Shown: positions 49,480-59,572, numbered from the stretch's first letter. The stretch is DNA of 64,000 bases from Oscillospiraceae bacterium (GCA_022846095.1 AP025583.1:3123279-3187278); one strand, 5' to 3'. The notes: generated from the letters alone by a model not told the origin. Translations and numbers: made by a program.

Positions 49480-49785
49480 TTACCGTTCCTCCTGCTCGTC
49501 CACCATCTGAATACACTGCTTGGGGCACTCGTTGGCGCAGATGCCGCATCCCTTGCAGTAGTCCCACATGATCTCAACGCATTCCGCCTTGTCCTTGTGA
49601 ATAGCGATCACGTTGGCCGGGCAGTACATGGCGCAGGTGCCACACTTGACGCAGTCTTCAAAATCCACAGCGGGCCGCTCCAGCCGCCAGCTTCCGGTAT
49701 TCGCGGAATCGAATTGATGGGCCACGGGGCCCCACACGTTACATCTCAATGGTGTTTTCATAGGCGTCTTTCGCGGCGTTTGCAT
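49480..49785 (-). CDS. 2-oxoacid:ferredoxin oxidoreductase, delta subunit (2x[4Fe-4S] ferredoxin)
   Basis: Two CxxCxxCxxxCP motifs (CVKCGTCAMYCP; CKGCGICANECP). Start set at MQTPRK after a GGAGAG ribosome-binding site; overlaps the gamma gene 3' end. Confidence 0.75.
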   Translation of the reverse strand: MQTPRKTPMKTPLRCNVWGPVAHQFDSANTGSWRLERPAVDFEDCVKCGTCAMYCPANVIAIHKDKAECVEIMWDYCKGCGICANECPKQCIQMVDEQEER

Positions 49786-50293
49786 TACGCTCTCCTGCCT
49801 TTCCTCCAAAAGTATCCCGCAAGGCGGTTTCTACCGAGGCCAAACTCACCGCCCCCGTTTTAGCCAGCGCCCCCAGCATGGCCCCGTTAGGGATTCCCCG
49901 GCCAATCTGACGGGTAGCAACGTGGGTGGCGTCCACGTAGTAGACCTTACAGAAGCCATATTGCTCCTGATACTCCCTTGCAGTGGTCTCGCTCTCGGTG
50001 TTTAGGACCAAAATGGTCTCCGTCCGCTTTCCCTTTCCGATGTCGATCCCTTTGTCCCGGATGGTCTGGTCCATCACCAGGACGATGTCCGGCTCGTACA
50101 CAAAGCAATTCTGGAGGATGGGTACGTCGTCGACTACGATGTCGGTATACACCGGCGCGCCACGGCGCTCATGACCGTATGCGGGTATGGTGATGGCGTA
50201 TTTATCCTCATGGATGGATACCGCGGTCGAGAGGACCTTGGCCGCCGTGACCACGCCCTGTCCCCCCAAACCATAGAATTTCAAGTTCAGCAT
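49739..50293 (-). CDS. 2-oxoacid:ferredoxin oxidoreductase, gamma subunit
   Basis: 184 aa, MLNLKFYGLGGQGVVTAAKVL... typical PorG/VorG N-terminus. AAGGAAG ribosome-binding site. The ORF-track entry is over-extended. Confidence 0.85.
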   Translation of the reverse strand: MLNLKFYGLGGQGVVTAAKVLSTAVSIHEDKYAITIPAYGHERRGAPVYTDIVVDDVPILQNCFVYEPDIVLVMDQTIRDKGIDIGKGKRTETILVLNTESETTAREYQEQYGFCKVYYVDATHVATRQIGRGIPNGAMLGALAKTGAVSLASVETALRDTFGGKAGERNANAAKDAYENTIEM

Positions 50294-50339
50294 ATTGTTG
50301 TCTTCCTTTCCCCGGGAACTTAATGGAACGAGAGCATGT

Positions 50340-51251
50340 TTAAGGGCCAATCGTCTGGTACATGCGCTTGATTTTGACCGCCGCCGCATCCAGCGTCGCC
50401 TGCTCCTGGTCCGATAGAGCCGGCTCCAGGAACTCCGACACACCGTTGGCGCCAATGCGCACCAGAACACCCAGGCTGACCGCGGAGTTGTGGTACTCAC
50501 CGTCCAGAATGATAGAACAAGGAAGGACCTCGCCCTTGTTTTCCGCCACGGCGCTGGCCAGGGCGGCCAGCCCGATACCGGAGGTCCAACCACTGGTGCG
50601 CCCGCTTTTCAGGCCCTGGTAGGCGGTAAACCAGCCGTCGATCTCCTCCAGCACTTGCTCTTTTTGCGCATCGCTCAGCTGTACCGGCATACCGTCCGCC
50701 TTCACTTGGTCCAGCAGAGGGACCATCATGCCGCCGTGCTCACCCAGGCACCATGCCTCTACCCTGTGGGCGGCGATGCCCAAAAGCTTGGCTACCGACC
50801 AGCGCAGGCGGGTGGTATCGTTGATGCAAAATCCTAAAATACGCCGCCGGTCGATGCCGGTGTGCTCCTGGATGACGCTGTTGAGCACATCCACCGGATT
50901 GACTGCGTTGATGATGACCTTGTTGGAGGACAGGCCCCGCAGCCGCTTACAGATCCCCACCAATATGCTCCGGTTCGCGTCAAGATAGGCGTCCCGGCTG
51001 GCGCTGCCAGTTTCAGGCACACTGGCGGTGATCATGATGACGTCACAGTCCTCCAAATCCTCGTACCCGGCCCGGACCACGCGGGTATCGGACAGAATGG
51101 AGATGCCCTGATCCATATCCATCACATGGCTTTGGAGTACGTTTTCCTTAATATCAATGAGTTTGATCTCTTCAAAAGAATTTCTGATACCCAGGCAGAA
51201 GGCGGCTGTACTGCCCAGCAGACCGGCGCCTCCAATTATAGCTAACTTCAT
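50340..51251 (-). CDS. L-lactate/malate dehydrogenase family 2-hydroxyacid dehydrogenase (NAD-dependent)
   Basis: 303 aa. KLAIIGGAGLLGSTAAF Rossmann N-terminus and LDH/MDH core. Confidence 0.75.
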   Translation of the reverse strand: MKLAIIGGAGLLGSTAAFCLGIRNSFEEIKLIDIKENVLQSHVMDMDQGISILSDTRVVRAGYEDLEDCDVIMITASVPETGSASRDAYLDANRSILVGICKRLRGLSSNKVIINAVNPVDVLNSVIQEHTGIDRRRILGFCINDTTRLRWSVAKLLGIAAHRVEAWCLGEHGGMMVPLLDQVKADGMPVQLSDAQKEQVLEEIDGWFTAYQGLKSGRTSGWTSGIGLAALASAVAENKGEVLPCSIILDGEYHNSAVSLGVLVRIGANGVSEFLEPALSDQEQATLDAAAVKIKRMYQTIGP

Positions 51252-51263
51252 GGCGGCTCTCCT

Positions 51264-52619
51264 TTAACTCTGGTTCTGAGCGAACTCTGCTTGGGCGCGT
51301 CGCAAAAGCTGCTCGTCCTGCACCAGGCGCAGCGCCACATCCGCAATGACCTGGGCCGCGTAATACATCCCCTTCTGACCAATGCTCCCCCCGGAACAGG
51401 CGGTAATTTGCCAGGTGTGACCGGGCGTGCCCACCGGCATACATGCGGTGAAGACCTGCACCGTAGGCACCCGCTGGCTCACATTCGACACGTCGGTGGA
51501 ACCCGCCAGATAGGCCGGATAAGGCTTGAGGGGGGTCACCCCCGTGTGCATGACTTGGCCGTCCAGCTCGGGTACCGAGAACTCTGTCAAGGCATTCCTG
51601 CGCACCTCTTGGGAAAAGCTCTCCTGAATGCGCTTGGCCAGGTCCAATTCGTCCCCGCTCCATGCCGGGCGGGGTATACGCTCCATGCTATCGTAGGCCA
51701 GCTCGTTGAGGGTCTTGTTCAGCTTGGTATTCTGGCAGCCGCTGAGGATCTCATAACCGAACTGAGTACCGGTCATCAGGGCCGCGCCCCTGCCTACGTC
51801 CAGCAGGCGGTCCACGATCTCGTCCACCTGGCTGCGGAGGGGAGCGCGCACATAGTACCAGGACTGGGCGGTGGCGGGCACCACGTTGGGCCGCCCTCCG
51901 CCGTTGGTGATGACATAGTGGATGCGGGCCTGGGAGACCACGTGCTCACGCAGATAGTTGGCGCCCACGTTCATCAATTCCACCGCATCCAGGGCGCTGC
52001 GCCCCTGCTCCGGCGCAGCCGCGGCGTGGGCGCTCTTGCCGGTGAAATTGAATTGCAGGGAGGTCATAGCGGAATAGGCGTAGTCGCACACCGTGTTGCT
52101 GGCCATGGGGTGCCAGGCCAGGCAGGCGTCCAGGCCGGAAAACACACCGGCGTCATCCATCCGGATTTTGCCCACCATGATTTCCTCGGCGGGGCAGCCG
52201 TAGAAGTGGAGGGTACCGGATAATCCGTCCCGCTCCATCAGTTCCTTGAGTACTACAGCCGAGCCCGCCAGGCCAACGCCCAGCAGGTTGTGGCCGCAGG
52301 CATGGCCGGGCGCACCCTGACTCACAGGCGCTCGCTCGGCCTGGGCCTTCTGGCTCATCTCGGGCAGGGCGTCGTATTCCCCCAAGAAGCCCAGGTGTGG
52401 CGCTCCGGTCCCCCATACCGCCTCGAAGGCGGTGCCCATTTCAGCCAGACCGGAGCGGATGGAGAAGCCGTGCTCCTCCAGATAGCGTTTCAGCGCATCG
52501 GCGGAACGGGTCTCCTCCAGGGGCAGCTCTGCATAGCCCCATATCTCCTCACTCAGAGATTTGAGTTCACTGGCGTGCCGCTCCACACCCGCGATGATCT
52601 CGTCTTTATAATCTTTCAT
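51264..52619 (-). CDS. M20-family amidohydrolase (AbgB / N-carbamoyl- or N-acyl-L-amino acid amidohydrolase-like)
   Basis: 451 aa. Metal-binding HACGHN motif and M20D dimerisation-domain organisation. Confidence 0.8.
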   Translation of the reverse strand: MKDYKDEIIAGVERHASELKSLSEEIWGYAELPLEETRSADALKRYLEEHGFSIRSGLAEMGTAFEAVWGTGAPHLGFLGEYDALPEMSQKAQAERAPVSQGAPGHACGHNLLGVGLAGSAVVLKELMERDGLSGTLHFYGCPAEEIMVGKIRMDDAGVFSGLDACLAWHPMASNTVCDYAYSAMTSLQFNFTGKSAHAAAAPEQGRSALDAVELMNVGANYLREHVVSQARIHYVITNGGGRPNVVPATAQSWYYVRAPLRSQVDEIVDRLLDVGRGAALMTGTQFGYEILSGCQNTKLNKTLNELAYDSMERIPRPAWSGDELDLAKRIQESFSQEVRRNALTEFSVPELDGQVMHTGVTPLKPYPAYLAGSTDVSNVSQRVPTVQVFTACMPVGTPGHTWQITACSGGSIGQKGMYYAAQVIADVALRLVQDEQLLRRAQAEFAQNQS

Positions 52620-52918
52620 AGCGTCACCAGGTCTTTCACTACGTGGCTGTTTTTCGGTTCCAGGACGAGACAGTCGCTCTCCGCCCGGCAGGTACAGGCC
52701 AGCGTTACCGCGCCGTTGACCTTAACGGCACACCGGCCGCATACCCCTTGGTTGCAGACGCTGTGGCGGTAATAGGACAGCGTGCCGTCCAGCCTCTCCC
52801 GGATGTAGTCCAACACATCCATGACGGTATAGCCATCCTCCGGGGTGTAAGGCACATCATAGCGGTCATACCGCCGTTCCCCTGTCTCCGGGGTATAGCG
52901 CAGGATTTTTACCTCCAT
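52616..52918 (-). CDS. small [2Fe-2S] iron-sulfur protein (SdhB/FrdB N-terminal-domain-like)
   Basis: 100 aa. CNQGVCGRCAVKVNG ...C matches the plant-type 2Fe-2S motif of succinate DH/fumarate reductase Fe-S subunits. Overlaps the M20 gene start by 4 nt. Confidence 0.65.
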   Translation of the reverse strand: MEVKILRYTPETGERRYDRYDVPYTPEDGYTVMDVLDYIRERLDGTLSYYRHSVCNQGVCGRCAVKVNGAVTLACTCRAESDCLVLEPKNSHVVKDLVTL

Positions 52919-52930
52919 GTTCCAAGCTCC

Positions 52931-54724
52931 TTACAGCAGCTGCGCCAAATAGGCGGCCACAGTGTCGTAGTCTTCCGTTGGCGGCGCCAGCGGCCCGGGG
53001 GCGGGGACGATCTTGCCCTGGAACAGCCTTCCTTCCGCCAGCCGGTGGGTGATACGGTAAAAGTAAAGCGAGTTATAGACTTGAGGGATGTCGCTGCGTA
53101 TATGGGTGCCCCGGCTCTCCCGCCGCATGAGGGCGGCGGTGAGGCCCGCCCTGGTGCATGGCAGCAAATTGCGCAAGGTGAGGTAGTCAAAGAAGTCCAG
53201 GTCGTATGCCCGGCTTCCGCCGGGGATGGCGACCCGGGCCAGTTCCGCCTCAAGCTCGTCCAGAGCGGCCAAGGCACGCTCCATACGGCGGGCGTCTCGC
53301 ACGACGCCCATACCCTCGTCGGCGGTCTGCTCCAAGCGGCGCAGGAGGGTCACGCTGCGTGGACCGCCTTTTCGGGCGCGTACCTGCTCCAATTCCTCAA
53401 CGAGGGATTCCGCCTGCTGGGACAGGTCGGGGATGAGGCCGACCTGTCCGGCGTATTCCGCTGCGCTCAGGCCGGCACGGTACCCGTGGGCCAGCATCTC
53501 GGTGAGGCCGTCCCCTGCGCGGAACGCACCGAATAGTCCGCTGGTCACCTCGCCTGCGGCAAACAAGCCGGGCAGGTCGGTGGCCATGTGCTCGTCAATG
53601 ACCACACCCCCGTTGCTATACTCATTCCCCAGGGCAAACTCCAATCTACGGGTGCGCAGGATGTCATCCCGCAGCCGGTACAGGTCCACACCGTTGTACG
53701 TGCCCCGCCTGTGCCAGCGCCCATAGTGGTCGATGAAATGCTCGAAGGCGGCGCAGATCTCTTCATCGCTGTGCTCCGAGTAGTCGTAATACAGCCCGCC
53801 GCGGATTCCTTCATTGGAGGTCCCTTGGCCAGTCCAACAATAGCTGTAAATAAGTTTGAGCATCTTGTTGCTTCCCGGAACCTTGGAAAACGTGTCGGGG
53901 AGGGAGAGCTCCCGGCCGCTTGCGTCACGCACCTTGAAGGATAGAGGCATAAAGATCGGGATGGTAAACAGATACGGGAGAATGGACCCTTTTAAGTAGG
54001 GCGGCGACACCGCCGTGGGGATATAGAGCAGGAATTCCATATCCGAGATGCGGGCTCCGGCGCGCAGCGCCATGGCCATGCCGTCCCCGGTCATATCGCT
54101 GATGGAGTTCTTCAGGCTGTGGGGCTGGTAGCCCCCGGTAGCCAGTACGGTGCTCTTTGCCGTAATGGCTACATAGTTCCCGGTATACAGCTCGTAGCAC
54201 AAAGCGCCGTGCACACACCCGTCCTGGGTAAGCAGATCCACGGCCGCCGTGTCGTCCAACACCGTCAGGCTGGGGATCTCCCGTACACCCTGCTGGATGG
54301 CCTTGCCCACGCCGCTGCCCGACACCGCGTACAGACCGCTCTTCACAAAGGTAAAGTTCTGCCTTGCCTCCTTGGCCCAGGTGAGAAATTCCTTCATCAT
54401 CACCGGAGCATCCTCTACGAACTGGCGGGCCAGCCTCTGGTCCCCCAAGTAAAAGGATGACTTCACGATCTTCTCTACTAATTGGTCAGGGCCGAAGCTC
54501 TCGTCCGCCTGGGCCTCGCCCAGAATGCAGCGGGACTGGTAGCCGTCGATACCAAAACCGCCGCCCACCATGAGAGCGTTGCCGCTGCGGCCGGTGCGGC
54601 CCTTGGAAACCAGAATGACCTGTTTTCCCTGCCGCGCCGCAGTCCAGGCCGCGGACACCGCAGCCCCTGACCCGCCGACACACAGCACGTCACAGGAGAG
54701 CTGTTTAACCTCAAAGCGTTCCAC
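52931..54724 (-). CDS. FAD-dependent oxidoreductase of the fumarate reductase/succinate dehydrogenase flavoprotein family
   Basis: 597 aa. N-terminal FAD motif VLCVGGSGAAVSAA. FrdA/SdhA-like FAD and capping domains. C-terminal R..H...R substrate-binding-like residues (ESRGTHIR). Confidence 0.75.
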   Translation of the reverse strand: MERFEVKQLSCDVLCVGGSGAAVSAAWTAARQGKQVILVSKGRTGRSGNALMVGGGFGIDGYQSRCILGEAQADESFGPDQLVEKIVKSSFYLGDQRLARQFVEDAPVMMKEFLTWAKEARQNFTFVKSGLYAVSGSGVGKAIQQGVREIPSLTVLDDTAAVDLLTQDGCVHGALCYELYTGNYVAITAKSTVLATGGYQPHSLKNSISDMTGDGMAMALRAGARISDMEFLLYIPTAVSPPYLKGSILPYLFTIPIFMPLSFKVRDASGRELSLPDTFSKVPGSNKMLKLIYSYCWTGQGTSNEGIRGGLYYDYSEHSDEEICAAFEHFIDHYGRWHRRGTYNGVDLYRLRDDILRTRRLEFALGNEYSNGGVVIDEHMATDLPGLFAAGEVTSGLFGAFRAGDGLTEMLAHGYRAGLSAAEYAGQVGLIPDLSQQAESLVEELEQVRARKGGPRSVTLLRRLEQTADEGMGVVRDARRMERALAALDELEAELARVAIPGGSRAYDLDFFDYLTLRNLLPCTRAGLTAALMRRESRGTHIRSDIPQVYNSLYFYRITHRLAEGRLFQGKIVPAPGPLAPPTEDYDTVAAYLAQLL

Positions 54725-54742
54725 TGGCGGAGCTCCTTCCTT

Positions 54743-55219
54743 TTACGCCTCGTCCCCGTAGGTGAAGTGCATCACACACTCGTCGTCGCCGCGGCCTTTG
54801 CACTTAGGACGATCCAGATGGAAGCCGAAGCCGCCGTATAGGGTGTAGTCGATCTCACAGTACAGGCACTCCAGCTTACGGCCCAGCTCTCCGTACTTTT
54901 TCCATACCTCGTCGAACAGGCACTGCTTGACCACGCCCCGTTCGTCGCCGTTGATCCAGCCGCAATCGGGCATGTCGCGCACCTTAAAGAACTGCTCAAA
55001 GTCGGTGACCGCAACGCCCTTCTCGGCGGCCTCCTCCTTGATGCAGGCCACCCGGTATTCACCAAACTCCTTCAGCGCCGCCCTGATAAGCTCGGCGCCC
55101 TTTTCCTCGCCCAGCGCCGCGAAAATATGTTTGCCCATGTAGTAGTAGCACTCCGCCATCAGTTTGCCGAAGCGGATGCCCTCGCTCTCGTCGTGATGTA
55201 CCTTACTCATATCGTACAT
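54743..55219 (-). CDS. small cysteine-rich protein, possibly L-2-amino-thiazoline-4-carboxylate (ATC) hydrolase-like family
   Basis: 158-aa ORF in an operon position between the TRAP transporter and the flavoprotein. Family assignment is tentative, from remembered similarity to ATC-hydrolase-domain proteins. Confidence 0.4.
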   Translation of the reverse strand: MYDMSKVHHDESEGIRFGKLMAECYYYMGKHIFAALGEEKGAELIRAALKEFGEYRVACIKEEAAEKGVAVTDFEQFFKVRDMPDCGWINGDERGVVKQCLFDEVWKKYGELGRKLECLYCEIDYTLYGGFGFHLDRPKCKGRGDDECVMHFTYGDEA

Positions 55220-55245
55220 AGTGGTCTACTCCTTTCAAATCTTGG

Positions 55246-56514
55246 TCATTTCATCATATTTGGCAGCAGCATAGTGATCTGAGGTACGAAACTGATCACC
55301 AAAGTGACCGCAACTAGGATTAGCAGGAAGGGCAACACGCCCTTGACGATTTGCCCCATACTTTTCTTCCGCATGCCCATGGTTACATAGAGATTGAGAC
55401 CGAAGGGCGGGCTCAGATAAGAAATCTGGGAGTTCATGACAGCGATGATGCCGAAGTGGATGGGGTCAATCCCATAAAAGCCCAGGGTGGGCGCCAGAAT
55501 GGGGCCTAGGATGACGATCATAGCAATCAGGTCCATAAAGCAGCCGCAAATGAAGAAAAGAGCGGTCAAAATCAGGATAAATGCGACCTTGCTGGACACG
55601 TAGGTGGTGATCCAGGTGGAAATAAGAGTGGGAATCTGCTGTGTGGTGATGAACCAGTTGAGTACGGCTGCACAGGAGATGATAAAGATGATGGCGCCGG
55701 AGGTGACCAGAGCGCTGAAGCACTCGTTGACGATGTCCTTCACGCTCATGGTGCGGTAGACCAGCAATTCAACCAAAATGACGTAGATCAAGGCGATGGC
55801 GGCCGCCTCGGTGGGGGTCGCAAATCCCAGATAGATGCCGCCCAGCACGATCAGGGGGTAGATCAGGGCCAGGACGCTCTGCTTCCAAATCTCCTTCTTC
55901 TCTTCCTTGGTGTAGGTCTTGGTATCCTGAATATTTCCTTTTTTACACTTGAAGTAGACGTAGACGCTCCAAACGATAGCCAGCAGGATTCCGGGCAGGA
56001 AGCCCGCCATAAACTGCTTGCCGACCGAGGTGCCCATAGCCACACAAATCATAATCATGGGGGCGCTGGGCGGGATAAGCATTCCGATGGAACCCGCTGA
56101 GGTAATTGCCCCCTCCGCCAGCTCCTCAGAGTAGCCCATGTCGATGAGGGCCGGAATCATGATGGTGCCGATGGCCACCACGGTGGCCATACTGGAGCCT
56201 GAAATGGCGGCGAAGAACGTACAGGCCACGATGGAAGCAATAATGCTGCCGCCTTTGATACGCCCAAAGGCCAGACGCATGACGTTGATGAGGTTTTTGG
56301 CGATATTCCCCTTGGCCGCTACATTGCCGGCCATAATAAAGAAGGGGATGGCCAGCAACACAAAGTTGTTGAGGCCGTTGAACATCTGCTGTACCACAAT
56401 TAGGGCAGGGACATTGGAGTAGGCTACCACGCCGGCAGCGGAGGCTATGAGGACCACCAAGGAGATAGGTACGCCAATCAAAAGCAACACAACAAATGCG
56501 ACGACAACAATCAT
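55246..56514 (-). CDS. dctM: TRAP transporter large permease subunit (DctM family)
   Basis: 422 aa, ~12 TM helices, DctM-like. Start overlaps the dctQ stop. Confidence 0.9.
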   Translation of the reverse strand: MIVVVAFVVLLLIGVPISLVVLIASAAGVVAYSNVPALIVVQQMFNGLNNFVLLAIPFFIMAGNVAAKGNIAKNLINVMRLAFGRIKGGSIIASIVACTFFAAISGSSMATVVAIGTIMIPALIDMGYSEELAEGAITSAGSIGMLIPPSAPMIMICVAMGTSVGKQFMAGFLPGILLAIVWSVYVYFKCKKGNIQDTKTYTKEEKKEIWKQSVLALIYPLIVLGGIYLGFATPTEAAAIALIYVILVELLVYRTMSVKDIVNECFSALVTSGAIIFIISCAAVLNWFITTQQIPTLISTWITTYVSSKVAFILILTALFFICGCFMDLIAMIVILGPILAPTLGFYGIDPIHFGIIAVMNSQISYLSPPFGLNLYVTMGMRKKSMGQIVKGVLPFLLILVAVTLVISFVPQITMLLPNMMK

Positions 56515-57026
56515 GAAGCTTCCGCCTCCTTCTTTTCAGCTGCCTTGCGGCCAACAGTTCGGGGTTCCAAATATATCTCCATCAGAAACCGCACACACAT
56601 AACCGTGGAGCAGATAGGCATGATGGCGAAGGGCACAAATACCGGCATTCCCCACAGAGAGGAGGTCAGGGTGCCGATCCGAATGTAGTTGCTCAATTGG
56701 ATCCAGGAGTAGTAGGCTACAACGCCCATGCCCACACAGCAGATCAGGTTGCTGAGTATACCCATGGCCTGCTTGAGCCGCAGGGGGACGGAGTCTTTGA
56801 TGGCGGTCATACTGGGGTGGTTGTGACCTTTGACGGCGATGCTGGCGCCCAGGAAGGTGCCATAGACCATAATGTAGCGCCCCAGCTCCTGGAGCCACGA
56901 CAGACCAAAGTGGAAGAACTTGCGGGAGAACACCTCAAACACGATGCACAGGCCCAATAATAAAAAGGGGCAGACCAACAGATACTTCTCGATGGAGTCA
57001 ATCAGACATGCGATTTTTTTCATCAT
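56511..57026 (-). CDS. dctQ: TRAP transporter small permease subunit (DctQ family)
   Basis: 171 aa with 4 TM helices, immediately upstream of dctM. Confidence 0.85.
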   Translation of the reverse strand: MMKKIACLIDSIEKYLLVCPFLLLGLCIVFEVFSRKFFHFGLSWLQELGRYIMVYGTFLGASIAVKGHNHPSMTAIKDSVPLRLKQAMGILSNLICCVGMGVVAYYSWIQLSNYIRIGTLTSSLWGMPVFVPFAIMPICSTVMCVRFLMEIYLEPRTVGRKAAEKKEAEAS

Positions 57027-57109
57027 GTCGCCTCCTCAAATGCAGTTTGGAGAATGCCGCGGCCGGCCGATGCCGGCCGCGGCATTCTCGCTGAGAGGGA
57101 AGTGGGGGG

Positions 57110-58186
57110 CTATTGTTTCAAATCGGCCACAAAATTATAGTAGTCCTCGCCGATGATGGGGATGTACTTGTCATACACGGGCTGCACCAGGTCACGGAAG
57201 GCCTGGAACTCGTCGTCGGTCAGCATGATCACCTCTACTCCTAGTTCCTCCTCCGCCTTCTGGTAAGCGCCGTTGTCAGAGCTGTTGGCCTCGTCCACCA
57301 GAATGGCCTCCACTTCCTTGCAGGCCTGGCGCAGCTGCTCCTGCTGCTCAGGGGACAGCTTCTGCCAAGTCTGGTCGGAGACCAACAGGGGGCTGAGCTG
57401 GAAATAGTGCATGGTATTCGTAAAGTACTTGGCGACCTCTGTAAACTTCATCATGTTGGAGGCGAAGATACCGTTGTCCAAGCCGTCAATAACATTCTGC
57501 TGGAGCGCAGTGTATACCTCACCAAAGGCAAGCTGGGAGGTGGTCACGCCCATTGCCTCAAATGTGTCCGCCAGGATGGAACCGGTGTTCACACGAATCT
57601 TCAAGTCACGCAAGTCCTCTGGTGTGCGTACGGAATGCTTGGTGTTCAGAATACCGCGGGCGGCCATCAGGGGAACGCCCAGGAAGTGGATACCCTTGCC
57701 CTCCACAATTTCGCGGGTGCGCAGGTAATAGTCCTCATTGGTGATCACGGAGCCCACCTGCTCAAAGCTATTGAAGAAGAACGGGAGCACAATGGAGTTA
57801 AACTCCGGGATCGCCGTCGCAGCCACATTGGCGGAGATGATGCCCATGTCCATGGTCCCAGAGAAGATGGAGTCCAGCATGGTCTCCTCACTTCCCAGCT
57901 GTCCATTTGGATAAATCTCAATGAGGACGGCGCCGCCGGTCAGCTCCTCCACAGCCTCCTTAAACTTCACAGCGTTGGCGTGCATATCGGAGGTGTCAGG
58001 GGAAATGTGGCCGAAGGAGAGGGTAATGGGCTTATCCGCAGTGGGATAATTGGAGGTGTCACCCGCCGCCTGGGTAGGCTGCACGCTGCCGGTTTGTTTG
58101 CCGCCGGAGCCCGAGTCACAGGCTGACAGCAGAGAAACGCACATGGTCAGAGCAAGAACGAGGCTGATCGCTTTTTTCATGTTCAT
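57110..58186 (-). CDS. dctP: TRAP transporter substrate-binding protein (DctP family), lipoprotein
   Basis: Signal peptide with lipobox (LLSACD). DctP family fold (358 aa). Confidence 0.85.
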   Translation of the reverse strand: MNMKKAISLVLALTMCVSLLSACDSGSGGKQTGSVQPTQAAGDTSNYPTADKPITLSFGHISPDTSDMHANAVKFKEAVEELTGGAVLIEIYPNGQLGSEETMLDSIFSGTMDMGIISANVAATAIPEFNSIVLPFFFNSFEQVGSVITNEDYYLRTREIVEGKGIHFLGVPLMAARGILNTKHSVRTPEDLRDLKIRVNTGSILADTFEAMGVTTSQLAFGEVYTALQQNVIDGLDNGIFASNMMKFTEVAKYFTNTMHYFQLSPLLVSDQTWQKLSPEQQEQLRQACKEVEAILVDEANSSDNGAYQKAEEELGVEVIMLTDDEFQAFRDLVQPVYDKYIPIIGEDYYNFVADLKQ

Positions 58187-58604
58187 AAAGACCTCCTTAG
58201 AATGATGAGACTAACCAATCTCTCCCGCGCTGGTATACTTGCTGTGGCTGTGCTACACTAACATATATGATATCGACCTCCTATCAGTAGGTTTTGTTCC
58301 TTTATACGAAACTAAGTTTCACATAAAGAGGGAAAAGAAATCCTCACTCATCGAGAGAGGATTTGCGGAGCAGAAAAGCGTTGTTAGGGTTCGCTATGCG
58401 AAAATGAGTTTCTTATACTTAAATAATACACCCATCAGAATAAAAAGGGAACAGCTTTTTGCTCGCTACAGGCCGAAAATGCACGACGATTTTTGTCGAA
58501 TTGTAACAAGAAAAATACCGAATATTGTCTTTAAAATACAGATTCTTCCACAGAAAGAAATAAAATACTCCCCCAGCATAAAGCCGGAGGAGTGTTCTTA
58601 AGCT

Positions 58605-59393
58605 TTAGGGCTTTTCCAAATATCCCATAGCACGCGAGATGTCGGCGGCGGTTTTTTTCACGGATGTCACCAGCGCCTGCCGGTTCTGCCGCATCCGGAC
58701 AGAGGGGCCTGATATGCTGATTGCAGCGACTACCTTGCCCTTAAAGTCCCGGATTGGGCCAGAATAACATACCAGTCCGATCTCGCTTTCCTCAATGTCC
58801 TCACCATAGCCGTTCTCACGGATTTTGCTCAGTGTGGACCGCAGGGATTCTTTGCTGGTGATGGTTGTCTCGGTATACTTGATAAACTCGATGCTGCTCA
58901 GTGCCTTTTCAAGCTCCTCCGAGCTGAGGTAGGCCAGCAGGACCTTCCCGTTTCCGGTACAGTATGAGGGGAGTTGCTCTCCGATCTGGGAGGACATTTG
59001 GATGGAGCTGTTTCCCATTTCCTTATCCATGACAATGATGTCCCGGTAAGTCTTGTCCAGGATGGCGATGTGGGTGGTCTCATTGAATTCATCCCGAAGA
59101 ACCTGGAGGAAGGGTTTTGCGGTCTCCACCACGCTCTGACGTCCCAGGAGATTGGCCCCGTAATGGGCGAATTTCATACCCAGTTTGTACCGCGCTTGAT
59201 TCGTTTTATGGACATAACCACAGTATTCCAGTGTATACAGCAGGCGGAACGCGCTTGCCTTGCCGATGTCCAGTTCTCTGCATATCTCCGTGAGGCTTAG
59301 CTCGTTCTCCTTATTAAGCAGGTCCATGATTTTCAAGGCGTTTGATACTGAGCCAAGTAGGTATTTGTCATCCATTTCATCCCGCCTTTCCAT
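58605..59393 (-). CDS. IclR-family transcriptional regulator
   Basis: N-terminal IclR HTH (LSLTEICRELDIGKASAFRLLYTLEYCGYV) plus C-terminal effector-binding domain. Confidence 0.85.
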   Translation of the reverse strand: MERRDEMDDKYLLGSVSNALKIMDLLNKENELSLTEICRELDIGKASAFRLLYTLEYCGYVHKTNQARYKLGMKFAHYGANLLGRQSVVETAKPFLQVLRDEFNETTHIAILDKTYRDIIVMDKEMGNSSIQMSSQIGEQLPSYCTGNGKVLLAYLSSEELEKALSSIEFIKYTETTITSKESLRSTLSKIRENGYGEDIEESEIGLVCYSGPIRDFKGKVVAAISISGPSVRMRQNRQALVTSVKKTAADISRAMGYLEKP

Positions 59394-59572
59394 GCTACGC
59401 TGCCCATTTACCTTATAATGTCGGTAAATTTTGGTCTATTATATCATTTCTTTTCGGTATTTGCAACAAAAGGCCCGCAAATGATTCCTCGCTGCAACCA
59501 GAGCGGAGGAGGACGTATCGTGCACGGATGGCGCAGGGGTCTCGGCTACCACGGATGATGCCGCTGGGGGTG

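Noticed and set aside
58239-58601. 120-aa plus-strand ORF
   Set aside because: Lies in the AT-rich divergent promoter region between dctP and the IclR gene. No ribosome-binding site, Lys/Ile-rich product typical of AT-rich non-coding translation.
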